Both the position numbers and the translations under genes were made by a program. A DNA stretch of 62,665 nucleotides, the filler included, from an uncultured virus (IMG/VR IMGVR_UViG_2061766007_001450) (lineage: Duplodnaviria > Heunggongvirae > Uroviricota > Caudoviricetes). It is 5 parts of one record of this genome, joined end to end, with 100 filler letters (N's around TTAATTAATTAA, not from the genome) between each part and the next. Parts side by side here need not be neighbours in the genome. Positions count along the whole stretch, not along the records: positions 34,612 to 62,665 come from IMGVR_UViG_2061766007_001450; 4 more parts are not named here. One strand, 5' to 3'. Within the stretch, counting starts at the first letter, position 1. Every line of letters begins with the position of its first letter. Of this stretch, positions 51,898 through 61,808 are shown in pieces. The notes under the pieces are model-generated. The model searched no databases. It was not told the origin of the DNA and saw only the letters and a program-made list of their open reading frames with translations.

Positions 51898-51947
51898 TTG
51901 CCGCTCCTTATCTGTGGTGCGGGGTTCCCAGGGCTCTCGTGAACGTG
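51898..51947 (-). ncRNA. Candidate ncRNA, minimal form
   Basis: CACGTTCACGAGAGCCCTGGGAACCCCGCACCACAGATAAGGAGCGGCAAC; same ordered blocks as 13272-13473. Confidence 0.45.
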
Positions 51948-51990
51948 GANNNNNNNNNNNNNNNNNNNNNNNNNNNNNNNNNNNNNNNNN

Positions 51991-52215
51991 GTTGATTTCT
52001 CGCGCCGTCTGGGCGAGGCTCTGTATCACCGCCGAGTAGTGGTTTTTGATTGCCACGTCAACCTTCGCGGTTAACAACTTTGCAAACGTGGCTTTTACTG
52101 TTTCGCGGTCTCCGCTCTGGGTGTAGCGGATTGTGGCGATATATCTGCCGCCTTGACGCTCCGTTGTGATGATTACGCCGTCGCGGTAAACTGTTTTTGT
52201 CTTTGTTGTGCTCAT
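51991..52215 (-). CDS. Hypothetical early protein, 3' partial
   Basis: Homolog of 878-1123. Confidence 0.7.
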
Positions 52216-52261
52216 AATCGTGTGTTTTTGTGTGTTAGTATTTCGTTCTGTTTTGATGATA

Positions 52262-52316
52262 CAAAATTACATTAATAATTTGTATCGTGCAAATTTTTTT
52301 AGTTAACTAATGTTAA
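52262..52316 (-). promoter_or_regulatory. Repeated Bacteroidota-type early promoter
   Basis: TTAAC-N5-TTAAC, TTTG, 20 nt, TAATTTTG; related copies near 57608-57662, 59475-59529, 60201-60256 and 61583-61637. Confidence 0.8.
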
Positions 52317-52321
52317 AACCA

Positions 52322-53197
52322 TTAACTTTTTTTCGTTGCGTCCTGCGCTTTTAGTTTGTCAAAATATGCCCTTATTACGCGGTGCATCGCCACCGTCAAG
52401 GCCAACGGTTGCAACTCTCTTGCATCTTTGCCCGTGTGTATCACCCATTTTGCCTCGTAAAAATTACGGTAGCCGAGTTCGGCTTGCAGACAATAACGGT
52501 TGTATGCGCGTTGTTTGTCGTCGTCTGTCACTTGCACCGCCTCAATAAGTCCAAGTTCCAAAAGATAATTGTACACGACGACGTCCTCGTGACCGCCAAA
52601 ATTAAGGCGGTGTGTCTTGACATATTCGTCGTAAATTCGGCGCGTTATGCCTTTTTTATTCCACCCTTGCGACGTTCCCGCCGTCAATGCCTTGGGTGTC
52701 TCCTTTGGAATTTCCCGCGCCTTTTGGATTGTTACGCCCTGCCTTTTTCGGTAAGCCGTCACAACCTTTGTAACATAATCGGCGTTGAATGCCTGGTAAT
52801 GTGCGCGGTCTGGCTCTCCGTTCCCGTTCTTGGGGAGGTACGGGTCCAACTCTCCGACGATTAACAGTTCAAACGCCGTTTTAATGTCCACGGTCGTAAG
52901 GTCTGAATGATAACGGCGTAATATTTCCGCTATACGGGTGACGAGGTATCGCCACTCCATTTCCTCGGGCTTGCGGTAGCCTACGTCCAGGGCGATAAAA
53001 TTAAACATCTGCATCAATGTTTCGACCAATGCCGCTGTTTCATACTCGCCGACTAATGTCCCTTTTGCCGCCGCCAATATTGCGCGGTCTGCCTTGCCCA
53101 TCTTGGACAATACGCGGGTTTCGTCTGCATACCTGCGCACCTCCGAGACCACGGGCGGGACTTTTTGTATTGTTGCGACTGTTGTTTCCATAATCAT
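52322..53197 (-). CDS. Hypothetical protein (291 aa), possibly replication-associated
   Basis: Long clean ORF downstream of the initiator-like gene. Confidence 0.7.
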   Translation of the reverse strand: MIMETTVATIQKVPPVVSEVRRYADETRVLSKMGKADRAILAAAKGTLVGEYETAALVETLMQMFNFIALDVGYRKPEEMEWRYLVTRIAEILRRYHSDLTTVDIKTAFELLIVGELDPYLPKNGNGEPDRAHYQAFNADYVTKVVTAYRKRQGVTIQKAREIPKETPKALTAGTSQGWNKKGITRRIYDEYVKTHRLNFGGHEDVVVYNYLLELGLIEAVQVTDDDKQRAYNRYCLQAELGYRNFYEAKWVIHTGKDARELQPLALTVAMHRVIRAYFDKLKAQDATKKS

Positions 53198-53526
53198 TTG
53201 TTTTCCGCTTTCTTTATCTCCGTGCTAATGTTGCGCCATACAAAACACTCCGCCTTGCTGGGCTTGCCGTCCTTGTTGAATTTTCGCACCTTGAACGGAC
53301 GGTTGTAACAATGATGTGCGAAACCGCAATACACGTATTTTTTGCCGTCTATCTCCACGGTATCGCCTTTGCTGATGCCGTGCTCGAGCTCAAATTGTCG
53401 GTCATACTCGGCGTTATACTCTTTTTCAAGTCTATCCCGCTCTTCCCTAAGACAAGACAAACACCTTTCAACTTCGTTTATCTTGTATCTTATTTCGTTT
53501 AGTCTGTTTTCCATAATCATTTGCAT
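53194..53526 (-). CDS. Hypothetical protein
   Basis: Coiled coil plus small beta domain; overlaps neighbours. Confidence 0.65.
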   Translation of the reverse strand: MQMIMENRLNEIRYKINEVERCLSCLREERDRLEKEYNAEYDRQFELEHGISKGDTVEIDGKKYVYCGFAHHCYNRPFKVRKFNKDGKPSKAECFVWRNISTEIKKAENK

Positions 53527-53741
53527 TTATATGTTTGGTGAGAGAATGACACCGACTGCGAGACAATGTAAGTTTTGCCACATTTCGGGCAATCGAAGTC
53601 TGTTTCAAATTCCAACTCGTTGGGGATAAATTCAGTATAATCCATTTTGTGAACGTGTCCGCAATACGGGCAAATCCACTCGCCGAGAACCGAGTAGTGG
53701 GCGACCTCGTCATCAACGTTTTCCCATTCGACTTTATCCAT
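53517..53741 (-). CDS. Zinc-ribbon protein
   Basis: CPYCG...CPKCG. Confidence 0.7.
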   Translation of the reverse strand: MDKVEWENVDDEVAHYSVLGEWICPYCGHVHKMDYTEFIPNELEFETDFDCPKCGKTYIVSQSVSFSHQTYKCK

Positions 53742-53749
53742 TTTCTTGA

Positions 53750-53798
53750 TGTTTTACGTGAAACAAAGGGCGGGGCGGTGATGCCGCCGCCCGTGGTT
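53750..53798 (-). repeat. GC hairpin fused to a parS-like site
   Basis: GGGCGGCGGCATCACCGCCCCGCCC-TT-TGTTTCACGTAAAACA; copies at 56389-56435 and 59072-59119; hairpin only at 57358, 59794 and 60441. Confidence 0.8.
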
Positions 53799-54780
53799 AT
53801 TTACTCGTTGTACTTGGTGATGATGTAGTCTTTAACCTCGGCAAAAGTCTTNNNNNNNNNNNNNNNNNNNNNNNNNNNNNNNNNNNNNNNNNNNNNNNNN
53901 NNNNNNNNNNNNNNNNNNNNNNNNNNNNNNNNNNNNNNNNNNNNNNNNNNNNNNNNNNNNNNNNNNNNNNNNNNNNNNNNNNNNNNNNNNNNNNNNNNNN
54001 NNNNNNNNNNNNNNNNNNNNNNNNNNNNNNNNNNNNNNNNNNNNNNNNNNNNNNNNNNNNNNNNNNNNNNNNNNNNNNNNNNNNNNNNNNNNNNNNNNNN
54101 NNNNNNNNNNNNNNNNNNNNNNNNNNNNNNNNNNNNNNNNNNNNNNNNNNNNNNNNNNNNNNNNNNNNNNNNNNNNNNNNNNNNNNNNNNNNNNNNNNNN
54201 NNNNNNNNNNNNNNNNNNNNNNNNNNNNNNNNNNNNNNNNNNNNNNNNNNNNNNNNNNNNNNNNNNNNNNNNNNNNNNNNNNNNNNNNNNNNNNNNNNNN
54301 NNNNNNNNNNNNNNNNNNNNNNNNNNNNNNNNNNNNNNNNNNNNNNNNNNNNNNNNNNNNNNNNNNNNNNNNNNNNNNNNNNNNNNNNNNNNNNNNNNNN
54401 NNNNNNNNNNNNNNNNNNNNNNNNNNNNNNNNNNNNNNNNNNNNNNNNNNNNNNNNNNNNNNNNNNNNNNNNNNNNNNNNNNNNNNNNNNNNNNNNNNNN
54501 NNNNNNNNNNNNNNNNNNNNNNNNNNNNNNNNNNNNNNNNNNNNNNNNNNNNNNNNNNNNNNNNNNNNNNNNNNNNNNNNNNNNNNNNNNNNNNNNNNNN
54601 NNNNNNNNNNNNNNNNNNNNNNNNNNNNNNNNNNNNNNNNNNNNNNNNNNNNNNNNNNNNNNNNNNNNNNNNNNNNNNNNNNNNNNNNNNNNNNNNNNNN
54701 NNNNNNNNNNNNNNNNNNNNNNNNNNNNNNNNNNNNNNNNNNNNNNNNNNNNNNNNNNNNNNNNNNNNNNNNNNNNNNNN

Positions 54781-55075
54781 AAAACGTGCGCCCGAGCTTG
54801 TCGCAGTCGGGGTGCTTAATCAGCAGCCCAGCGTCTATCAGACGCTCCACGCGCTTTTTAATGCCCGACTTTGATTGGATATGCAGCATTGGCAACTCGT
54901 CCAAAATTAATTGATGCGCCACCCAATAATAAGCCTTTGCGCCGTGTACGGTGGTCTCCGCGACTCCGCTTGTCGCAAAATCCTTTATAAATTCCAGGAC
55001 GGCGATGTCGTTGAAGTCGAGCTCCGCGTTGAGCCTCATCGCCGCCGCTTGATTGATGTTTACTGTGTATTTCAT
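54781..55075 (-). CDS. Putative replication initiator, N-terminal winged helix (3' partial)
   Basis: MKYTVNINQ...LDF-DIAVLEFI...YYWV----I-DELPML...IKKRVERL-DAGLL. Confidence 0.6.
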
Positions 55076-55275
55076 AGCAAAAAAAATTGAGCCTAAAATA
55101 CAGACCGCCATCTGTATTAAAGGCTCATTTGGTTGCATTTCTGCATTATGTCTTGTGATGCAATGGCGGTTGCATCTNNNNNNNNNNNNNNNNNNNGCAA
55201 TGTTGGGCAATCTTGCAAATTTTTTGTTAAAAATCTTTGCAATTTCTGCAAGAATTTGCAAGAATTTGCAAAGAT

Positions 55276-55716
55276 TTAAAACAGTGTCATCTGCACAAAA
55301 CGGCGTTTTGCGAGCTCAATTTCAATTGCCTTGTGTATGTCCCTTTTATATTTGCTTTTATAGAGATATTTAAGGCAGTCTAATATTGCGCTGTCCTCGT
55401 TTTGGAACGTCGGCCTTGAGAATGATGCAGGGATCGACGTGTCCAAAACGCCGCAACAAAAGACACCCCACACCCATTTGTCGGGTGCAATTTGCGCCGT
55501 CTGTATCTCAATGACGGTGCAATCGTTGGCCTTGATGTCGATGCGGTGCGGGTTCGTACATACGTCATACATATTGTAATTGAACCCGCACACCACCGCG
55601 ATTGTGTCGTCTATGCCCTCGATGCCTGGGTGGTCGTCTTCCATCTTGAAAAATTCGTCGATGGTTAACCATTTGCCGAGACACGCCAAATAATGGTATT
55701 TTTCATTTGTTACCAT
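55276..55716 (-). CDS. Hypothetical protein ending QMTLF
   Basis: Probable start MVTNEK; C-terminal clamp-binding-like motif. Confidence 0.6.
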   Translation of the reverse strand: MVTNEKYHYLACLGKWLTIDEFFKMEDDHPGIEGIDDTIAVVCGFNYNMYDVCTNPHRIDIKANDCTVIEIQTAQIAPDKWVWGVFCCGVLDTSIPASFSRPTFQNEDSAILDCLKYLYKSKYKRDIHKAIEIELAKRRFVQMTLF

Positions 55717-55898
55717 AATTGCAGCATTAAAAGCCAAACATTTTGCAAAGTGTCTCCCATACGGCTTGGAAGTTCGCGCCGACGACTCCAATTGTCGTGC
55801 CGCCAACGGTCACCCAAGCCCAGACCCTGCCTCCGTTGTTGCTTTTGTCTGTGATTTTTATCCAATTTGCCATTTTCTTTGTGTTTTAGTGTTAGTTA

Positions 55899-56087
55899 TT
55901 AATCGAAGTTTCTGTAATTCGGACAGCGGTCGGCGAGGCTGCAATCACGGCAATCAAAACCGTTTGCGTCGAAGTCACAATTGCCGCCGTCAAAGGTGTA
56001 CAGCCCTTTGCGCTCTCCGTCTGTCTCTGGTCGGGATTTGATTTCCTCCAAATACCACCCGCCGTTGTTGTGTGAGTCGTCGTACAT
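55899..56087 (-). CDS. Small Cys-rich protein
   Basis: C---C--C-----C cluster. Confidence 0.5.
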   Translation of the reverse strand: MYDDSHNNGGWYLEEIKSRPETDGERKGLYTFDGGNCDFDANGFDCRDCSLADRCPNYRNFD

Positions 56088-56089
56088 AG

Positions 56090-56380
56090 TTAATACATTT
56101 GTGTTAATATTGAAACATCTTCTTTCATTGTTTCAAATTCTTGGATTATTTGTTTTTTTGTCATTCCCGACATTGTTTCAATGTCGAGTTCTAAACTAAG
56201 TCCAGCATCGCAAAACGTCACAAAAACAGTCTCGCCACGTCCCGCGAATACCGCGCCGAATTTGTCGTAATTCTTAAAGCCGAGACTTTTTGCAAGTAGT
56301 TTTGCTGCCTCGTCGATTTCCTCAATTGCGGTTAAAATAAGGTTGTGCGCCTTGACCGTTTTTTTCTCCCATCGTTTCAT
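56090..56380 (-). CDS. Hypothetical protein (96 aa)
   Basis: Starts after the hairpin-parS leader CATCAAGAAAATG, as does 53741. Confidence 0.65.
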   Translation of the reverse strand: MKRWEKKTVKAHNLILTAIEEIDEAAKLLAKSLGFKNYDKFGAVFAGRGETVFVTFCDAGLSLELDIETMSGMTKKQIIQEFETMKEDVSILTQMY

Positions 56381-56475
56381 TTTCTTGATGTTTTACGTGA
56401 AACAAAGGGCGGTGGCGGGGATGCCGCCGCCCGTCTGTTTNNNNNNNNNNNNNNNNNNNNNNNNNNNNNNNNNNN

Positions 56476-57325
56476 GTTCTGGTGTCGCCGTTGGTTCGGG
56501 CTGTTGCGCCTGGGGTTCGGGTGCCATCTGTCCCTCGGCGGGTTCGGGCTGTGCCTCTGTCAGCGGTTTCCACACCGTCAAGTCCAACTGCTCCATTGCG
56601 GCAATCTCCGCCGCGCACTCGTCAGAATGACCCCAGTATTTGCGCACGAAGTCGAGCGTCCGTTTTGCGCCGCCAAGGTCGCCACGGTTATAAGTGGCGT
56701 AAAAACCGTTTACGCACTCTCTAAATGTGCGCTGTTTCTGTGTCTGCTGCGGCTGTTGCGGCTGTTGGCCTCTCTGTTGCTGGTTGCCTCTCTGTTGTTG
56801 GTTGCCTCTCTGCTGCGGCTGCTCCTTTGCGTCGGGGTCTTGCTCTGTCTGAATACCAAAGACGAGACCCAACAAATACCTTGCGATATACGTGAATGTG
56901 CTCCCGTCGGCCTTGATTGCCTCGGGGTTCGATGCCAATCTAAACGGGTAGATAATTGGCTCGGTTGTTTCTCCCGTCTCCACGTCCACCATGTGGATAG
57001 AAAAGAAACGGTAGCCTTGCGGCATCAGTTGGACCGCGAGCTCGCTCCATACGGGCGAGATTACGTAGTCGACACCGTACTCCGCCAAGGCGGGTGTCAG
57101 TTTCTCCAATACGTTGGTGAGGGTGGCGTACTTTATCTCCTTTTGGTTGCCCTTTTGCTCGCTGCCAACCTTGCCCGTGCCGTCCTTATAGACTTTGCCG
57201 ACGGCGTTTTTCACGGATAGGATTTTTTGGGCGAGTGTCATTTTGGTTTTTGCCTCGGTGGGCTGTGCCGCCGTCTGTGCCTGGGGTTCGGGCTGAACCT
57301 CGGCGGGTGTTGTTTTCTTTGCCAT
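56476..57325 (-). CDS. ERF-family single-strand annealing protein (stop probably in gap)
   Basis: YATL--V---L-PAL-EYG, GSTFTYIARY-L---FGI--E-DPDA; 18-bp QQQRGN repeats at 56766-56816. Confidence 0.85.
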
Positions 57326-57390
57326 AGCGTGTTCGTTTGTGTGTGTGTGTGTGAATTTGGGCGGGGCGGTGTGCCGCCGCCCGTTTATTG

Positions 57391-57561
57391 TTAGTTGGCG
57401 TTTGCCATCTTTTTACTTTCAAGTTTGCGATACTCTTTTAACGCTGCATCATAATCGTTAAAGTTAGAGTAAACGACCTCATCGTGGTCATAAATTCTCC
57501 ATTCCGTGCCTATGAATGTATCGTAGCCACCTAACTTAATGTGTAATTCTCTATTTGTCAT
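57391..57561 (-). CDS. Small early protein (56 aa)
   Basis: MTNRELHIKLGGYDTFIG...; between a repeated promoter and a repeated hairpin. Confidence 0.6.
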   Translation of the reverse strand: MTNRELHIKLGGYDTFIGTEWRIYDHDEVVYSNFNDYDAALKEYRKLESKKMANAN

Positions 57562-57725
57562 TTTCGTGTGTTTTTGTGTGTTAGTATTTCGTTTAACTTT
57601 GATGATACAAAATTACATTAATTTTCTGTACATAGCAAATATTTTTAGTTAATAAGTGTTAAGAAATTAGTTTTCGATGTTAAAAAGTGCAACGTGTTGA
57701 TATTTAATTATTTAGGCATAATAAA

Positions 57726-57767
57726 CAAAAAAACGCCTATATACGTATATAGGCGCGTATATAGGCG
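57726..57767 (-). terminator. Terminator with 22-bp palindrome and duplicated arm
   Basis: CGCCTATATACGTATATAGGCG (57734-57755) with a T-run on the minus strand. Confidence 0.55.
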
Positions 57768-58030
57768 GTGTATGTTCTTAATAATTAAAAATTTGGTAAT
57801 GCGTTTGGGTCGCGAAAATGCGCATTAAGTCCCCAAAAGTCGCCGCCAAACAACGACTTTGACATTGGAGACCATACGCGGGACGGCAACAAACAGAACC
57901 CGCCTTCCACGGCGTTTGTGTTTCACGTGAAATTTGCACGGGTTCATAAATGTGAATAAGTACACGGTCGTCCCCCTCGAAAAAATCACCGTTTTTAAAT
58001 ATGTGTTGTGACCTTTGCCCTTATACATAG

Positions 58031-58622
58031 TTAAATCAATTTGAGTTTTCGACATTCAAAAAAGCATTTTACAAGGGCTCGCACGTCCTCCATAGAGTTG
58101 TGCGCGGGGAACGCCTCGCCATTAAATAATTTTGCATACAGCTCCTCCAATCGGGGGAACTTGCCAGGATTCCCGTTGGGAAACCTCGCGCCGACAAAAT
58201 CAATAATTGCCCGTTCTTTCATAGTGTCAAACAACGGCATTGTGTGCAAGTAGTTTGCAAATCCTTTCGCCCGTTGCGCGTTACTCATGCGCACGTACTC
58301 GGCAATAATAACGGGCATATCGAAGCCCGCATTGTGCGCACACAACGCGTCTGCAGACTTCACATCGTTCCAAAACTGCAAAAACGCCGTTTTGTACGGC
58401 ACACCCTCGGCGAGTGCGCGGTCGGTGGTGATGCCGTGGACGGCGGCAGNNNNNNNNNNNNNNNNNNNNNNNNNNNNNNNNNNNNNNNNNNNNNNNCTCC
58501 TTGCCGTCCACGCTCCACGATATTTGCACGATGCGCGGAAAGGCTGATGTTTGGATAAACGGGTCATAAACGCCACGAGGTATCGTTCCCGTTGTTTCCG
58601 TATCAAAGAAAAGAATTTTCAT
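58031..58622 (-). CDS. DEDDh 3'-5' exonuclease (one gap)
   Basis: FFDTETTG, AHNAGFD, FDT, AHNSMEDV. Confidence 0.9.
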
Positions 58623-59062
58623 TATAAATTGTGTTTTATGCCGTCAACAATCAATATGTTGCCGTCTTTTTTTAAGTTAAAAAAGGCAATCGAGCCTTGG
58701 TTGTTTGTCAACGACTCGCTTGTCGTTGTTAGGGTGTACTCCACGCCGTCTTTTAATGCCGCCAACATTTCCAGCTTTTCACGGAAAAAAATATTTTTCT
58801 TTTTTCCATTTTCTGTCAGCATGAACGGAAAGAGCCAATTGGGCAACACCCGTGGGTGGCGGTGTGTCTCTATGCCCGACAAGTTGCCGTCGGTGAACTT
58901 TACAAGGATTTTGATGTTCACGCCGTCTGTTGTCGATGCAAAAAACGATTTTGAGCGGAAAAACTCGCCCTTTGCTTTCTTAGCGTAACACGCGGATATG
59001 ATACCGAACATCATGTCCTTCTGTGTCTCGTACCATTCCGCTAATTCTATTACAAAAACCAT
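58622..59062 (-). CDS. Hypothetical protein (146 aa)
   Basis: TAATG overlap with the exonuclease. Confidence 0.65.
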   Translation of the reverse strand: MVFVIELAEWYETQKDMMFGIISACYAKKAKGEFFRSKSFFASTTDGVNIKILVKFTDGNLSGIETHRHPRVLPNWLFPFMLTENGKKKNIFFREKLEMLAALKDGVEYTLTTTSESLTNNQGSIAFFNLKKDGNILIVDGIKHNL

Positions 59063-59121
59063 TGTTGCCGATGTTTTACGTGAAACAATAAGGCGGGGCG
59101 AGTGCCGCCGCCCGTGGTTTG

Positions 59122-59430
59122 CTAATCGAGCAATTTTCCGAAATTATCAAATTGAATTTCGTGGCAGTCGCAAATGCCGCAGTCAATATGATGCTGATTG
59201 GTATTGCGAATTTTACGCGCCAACATTACGCAGGTTTTTGTCGTGAATACTCGCGTCGCTGCATAGTGTGTGTTATCGGGGAGCATACCGATAGTTTTGA
59301 TACGAAGATAACCGCTCCTTGCGTCTATACGTTTATATTCTACGCTTTCGATGTTGTACTCCTCATAAAAAGGAATTACATCGCTAATGCGAAGATTTCC
59401 GAGGTTGAATGTGCTAATGTATGCTTTCAT
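59122..59430 (-). CDS. Hypothetical early protein (102 aa)
   Basis: Between a repeated promoter and a hairpin-parS element. Confidence 0.65.
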   Translation of the reverse strand: MKAYISTFNLGNLRISDVIPFYEEYNIESVEYKRIDARSGYLRIKTIGMLPDNTHYAATRVFTTKTCVMLARKIRNTNQHHIDCGICDCHEIQFDNFGKLLD

Positions 59431-59534
59431 TTTCGTGTGTTTTTGTGTGTTGTATTTCGTTTTGTTTGATGGTACAAATTTACATTAACTTTTTGTATAA
59501 TGCAAATTATTTTAGTTAATAGATGTTAAAATTA

Positions 59535-59777
59535 TTAACTTTTTTTGCAATTTTTGTCCCACTCAAAAAGACCGTCGGGTGTCGTCTCCAAGATACGGCA
59601 AAGGCACACAATGGCACGGGGCGCAATCTTTTTTGTGCGCCCTTTCATAAGGTTAAAAAGGTTGATATTTTGCGCCAGCGGTGCCGAGTTCGGCCACAAT
59701 TCGGCGCAAATCTCCGCCCGTTTCTGCATTTGGACGGGGCGGTCAAATCTCGAAAGTAAAGTCTCGATTATTTTCAT
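59535..59777 (-). CDS. Cro/XRE-like HTH regulator
   Basis: AEICAELW...NLMKGRTKKI...LCRILETTPDGLF. Confidence 0.7.
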   Translation of the reverse strand: MKIIETLLSRFDRPVQMQKRAEICAELWPNSAPLAQNINLFNLMKGRTKKIAPRAIVCLCRILETTPDGLFEWDKNCKKS

Positions 59778-59826
59778 TTTTTATGTTTTTTGTGGGCGGT
59801 CGGGGTGATGCCGCCGCCCGTGGTTA

Positions 59827-60154
59827 TTACTCTTGTTTTGCTGCACGTGAGACATTTAGCCATTTTATTGCCTTGATTTCCTTGAAAAGTTCGTAGAAAT
59901 ACGCCCTGCGGTCGCTCTTGTCGTCCAGGGTGTCGAGGGTGTCGTTGTGCTTGAAGATGTACTCGTCGAGGGTGTCGTACACCTTTTGCAATTTGCTTTC
60001 CAAGGTGGAGATTTTTGCGGCTGCTTCTTTTGATGCTTTCAATATGCNNNNNNNNNNTATCTTCGTTTCCCGACATATACGCAACGTTGATTTTTTCAAA
60101 CTGCTCGTCGGTGGGGTAGTAACCCGTTCTTTGTACAAATTCCGTGTGTGTCAT
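59827..60154 (-). CDS. Hypothetical coiled-coil protein (gapped)
   Basis: MTHTEFVQRTGY...FEKINVAYM; follows a repeated promoter. Confidence 0.6.
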
Positions 60155-60491
60155 TTTGATAGTGTTTTTGTGTGTTAGTATTTCGTTTTGTTTGATGCAA
60201 CAAAATTACGTTAAAATATTGTACTATGCAAATATTTTATATTAAAATTTGTCAACGTAGTAATTTTTTTTAATCTTGTTTTTTCAACGTCTTGATCCCG
60301 CGAATAATGAAACCAAAACCCACCGCGACGCCCAGCAGCCACCATTTGCTGCCGTCTATCAAAGACGCGCCGCAAATAAACACCGCAACCGTGCCAATTA
60401 AAATATCTCTCATTTGGATTGTTTTTTTTGATTAAACAAAGGGCGGTGGCGGTGTGCCGCCGCCCGTCTGTCGTGCTGTCTGTCGTGCTGA

Positions 60492-61535
60492 TTATGCAGC
60501 CAGCAAAATGTCGCCGTATGCCTGCATTATCTTTGCGCTTGCCGTGCCGCCGCCGAGAATGTTGTCAAACTTTTTCTCCGCGTCGTGCTGACCTTTTGAC
60601 ACGTATGTTTTTGTGTTCTGGAAATACGTTGTGATGCCGTTAAACAGCCAGTTGCCGTTCTTGGTCTTGAACATATCTTGGCCAACACCGTCTTCAACGC
60701 TCTTGCGGAGGTCGTAATACGTGTTGATATTGCGCATACCCAAGTCGTCGATGCTTGGACCGTTGGCCTTAAAGATGGGGTACTTGTCACCAAAAGCAAC
60801 GCGACCGCAAACCATCTTGACCGTAGCCTCGTCCACCTTGATGTTGTTGAGGAGTGCGGTTTTCTCCTCAATGGCTTTTTTTGTAGCCTCAAAACAGCCC
60901 AAAACCTTTGCAGCGTGTTCGAGGTCTTCTTTCATTCTCAACTTTACGTTGACGGTGTGACGGAAGGCGAATTTGGAATAGTTGCAGCCGAGAGCGTATT
61001 GCAACGTGTTGTTGCATACAACCCTTACGGGGGTGAGCATTACCGTAACAGCTCCCGAACCGTCGTGGCTGGTGGTTATCACCGCGTAAACCTCTGCATC
61101 GTCACCGAGGATTTCGCCGCATTTGAAACGCTCGGGGAACTTTGCGGTGATGAATACGCGCTCGCCGTGTCCCAAAACACCCGCGCTCTCGATGAACGGC
61201 TCGGCGGCATCTCCACCCGCGCAAAGGTTGTTAACAAATTGGAAGGCATCAGCGTTTTGCACCACTCCGTAAGACTTCTTGACAAGTCCGAGCGGCGCGC
61301 CGTTATCCTCTCGGATAATGTGGTAAAATTCGGGATTGGCTGCAAATCCGCCGTTCTTGGTCTGATAGTACACGGGCATTTTTGCGACCGTGTAGTCTGC
61401 GTGGCTGGCTGCGAGGGCTGTCTCAACGGTCATTTCACCGTCGAAAACAACGCCGAGTTCGTGCCATGCTCTCTCTTTCCTGCCGTTCTCTGCGAAACTT
61501 GCAACTCCGTTAATTTCTTCAATCATGTGTGCCAT
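60492..61535 (-). CDS. DUF932-family phage/plasmid protein
   Basis: AWHELG, LG-V---Y-VVQN-DAF-F, ESAGVLG-GERVF, TSHDGSG, TPVRVVCNNTL, RHT. Confidence 0.88.
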   Translation of the reverse strand: MAHMIEEINGVASFAENGRKERAWHELGVVFDGEMTVETALAASHADYTVAKMPVYYQTKNGGFAANPEFYHIIREDNGAPLGLVKKSYGVVQNADAFQFVNNLCAGGDAAEPFIESAGVLGHGERVFITAKFPERFKCGEILGDDAEVYAVITTSHDGSGAVTVMLTPVRVVCNNTLQYALGCNYSKFAFRHTVNVKLRMKEDLEHAAKVLGCFEATKKAIEEKTALLNNIKVDEATVKMVCGRVAFGDKYPIFKANGPSIDDLGMRNINTYYDLRKSVEDGVGQDMFKTKNGNWLFNGITTYFQNTKTYVSKGQHDAEKKFDNILGGGTASAKIMQAYGDILLAA

Positions 61536-61762
61536 AGTGTGTAGTGTTTTTTGTGTTAGTAATTGGTTTAACTTTGATGCTACAAAATTACATTAAAATT
61601 CTGTATAGTGCAAATTATTTTAGTTAAGATTTGTTAAAATATTTAATTTTTTTTTGGACGGGTAGGATTGGACAATTTAAGTATCTGAAAACCAACAAAA
61701 AAACACCCTACAAAGGGCAATTGTAGGGTATTTGTAGGGTGCTATATTTCAAATTAGCAACA

Positions 61763-61800
61763 AAAAAGACAGCACCATAAAATTATGATGCTGTCTTTTT
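61763..61800. terminator. Bidirectional terminator
   Basis: AAAAAGACAGCA...TGCTGTCTTTTT. Confidence 0.75.
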
Positions 61801-61808
61801 CGTTACAT

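Noticed and set aside
57338..57352. (CA)n tract as a phase-variation switch
   Set aside because: Short, and similar ACAC-rich leaders precede many genes here
60678..61544. Long opposite-strand ORFs (also 56345-57220 and 41683-42333)
   Set aside because: Antisense shadows of well-supported DUF932, ERF and terL genes
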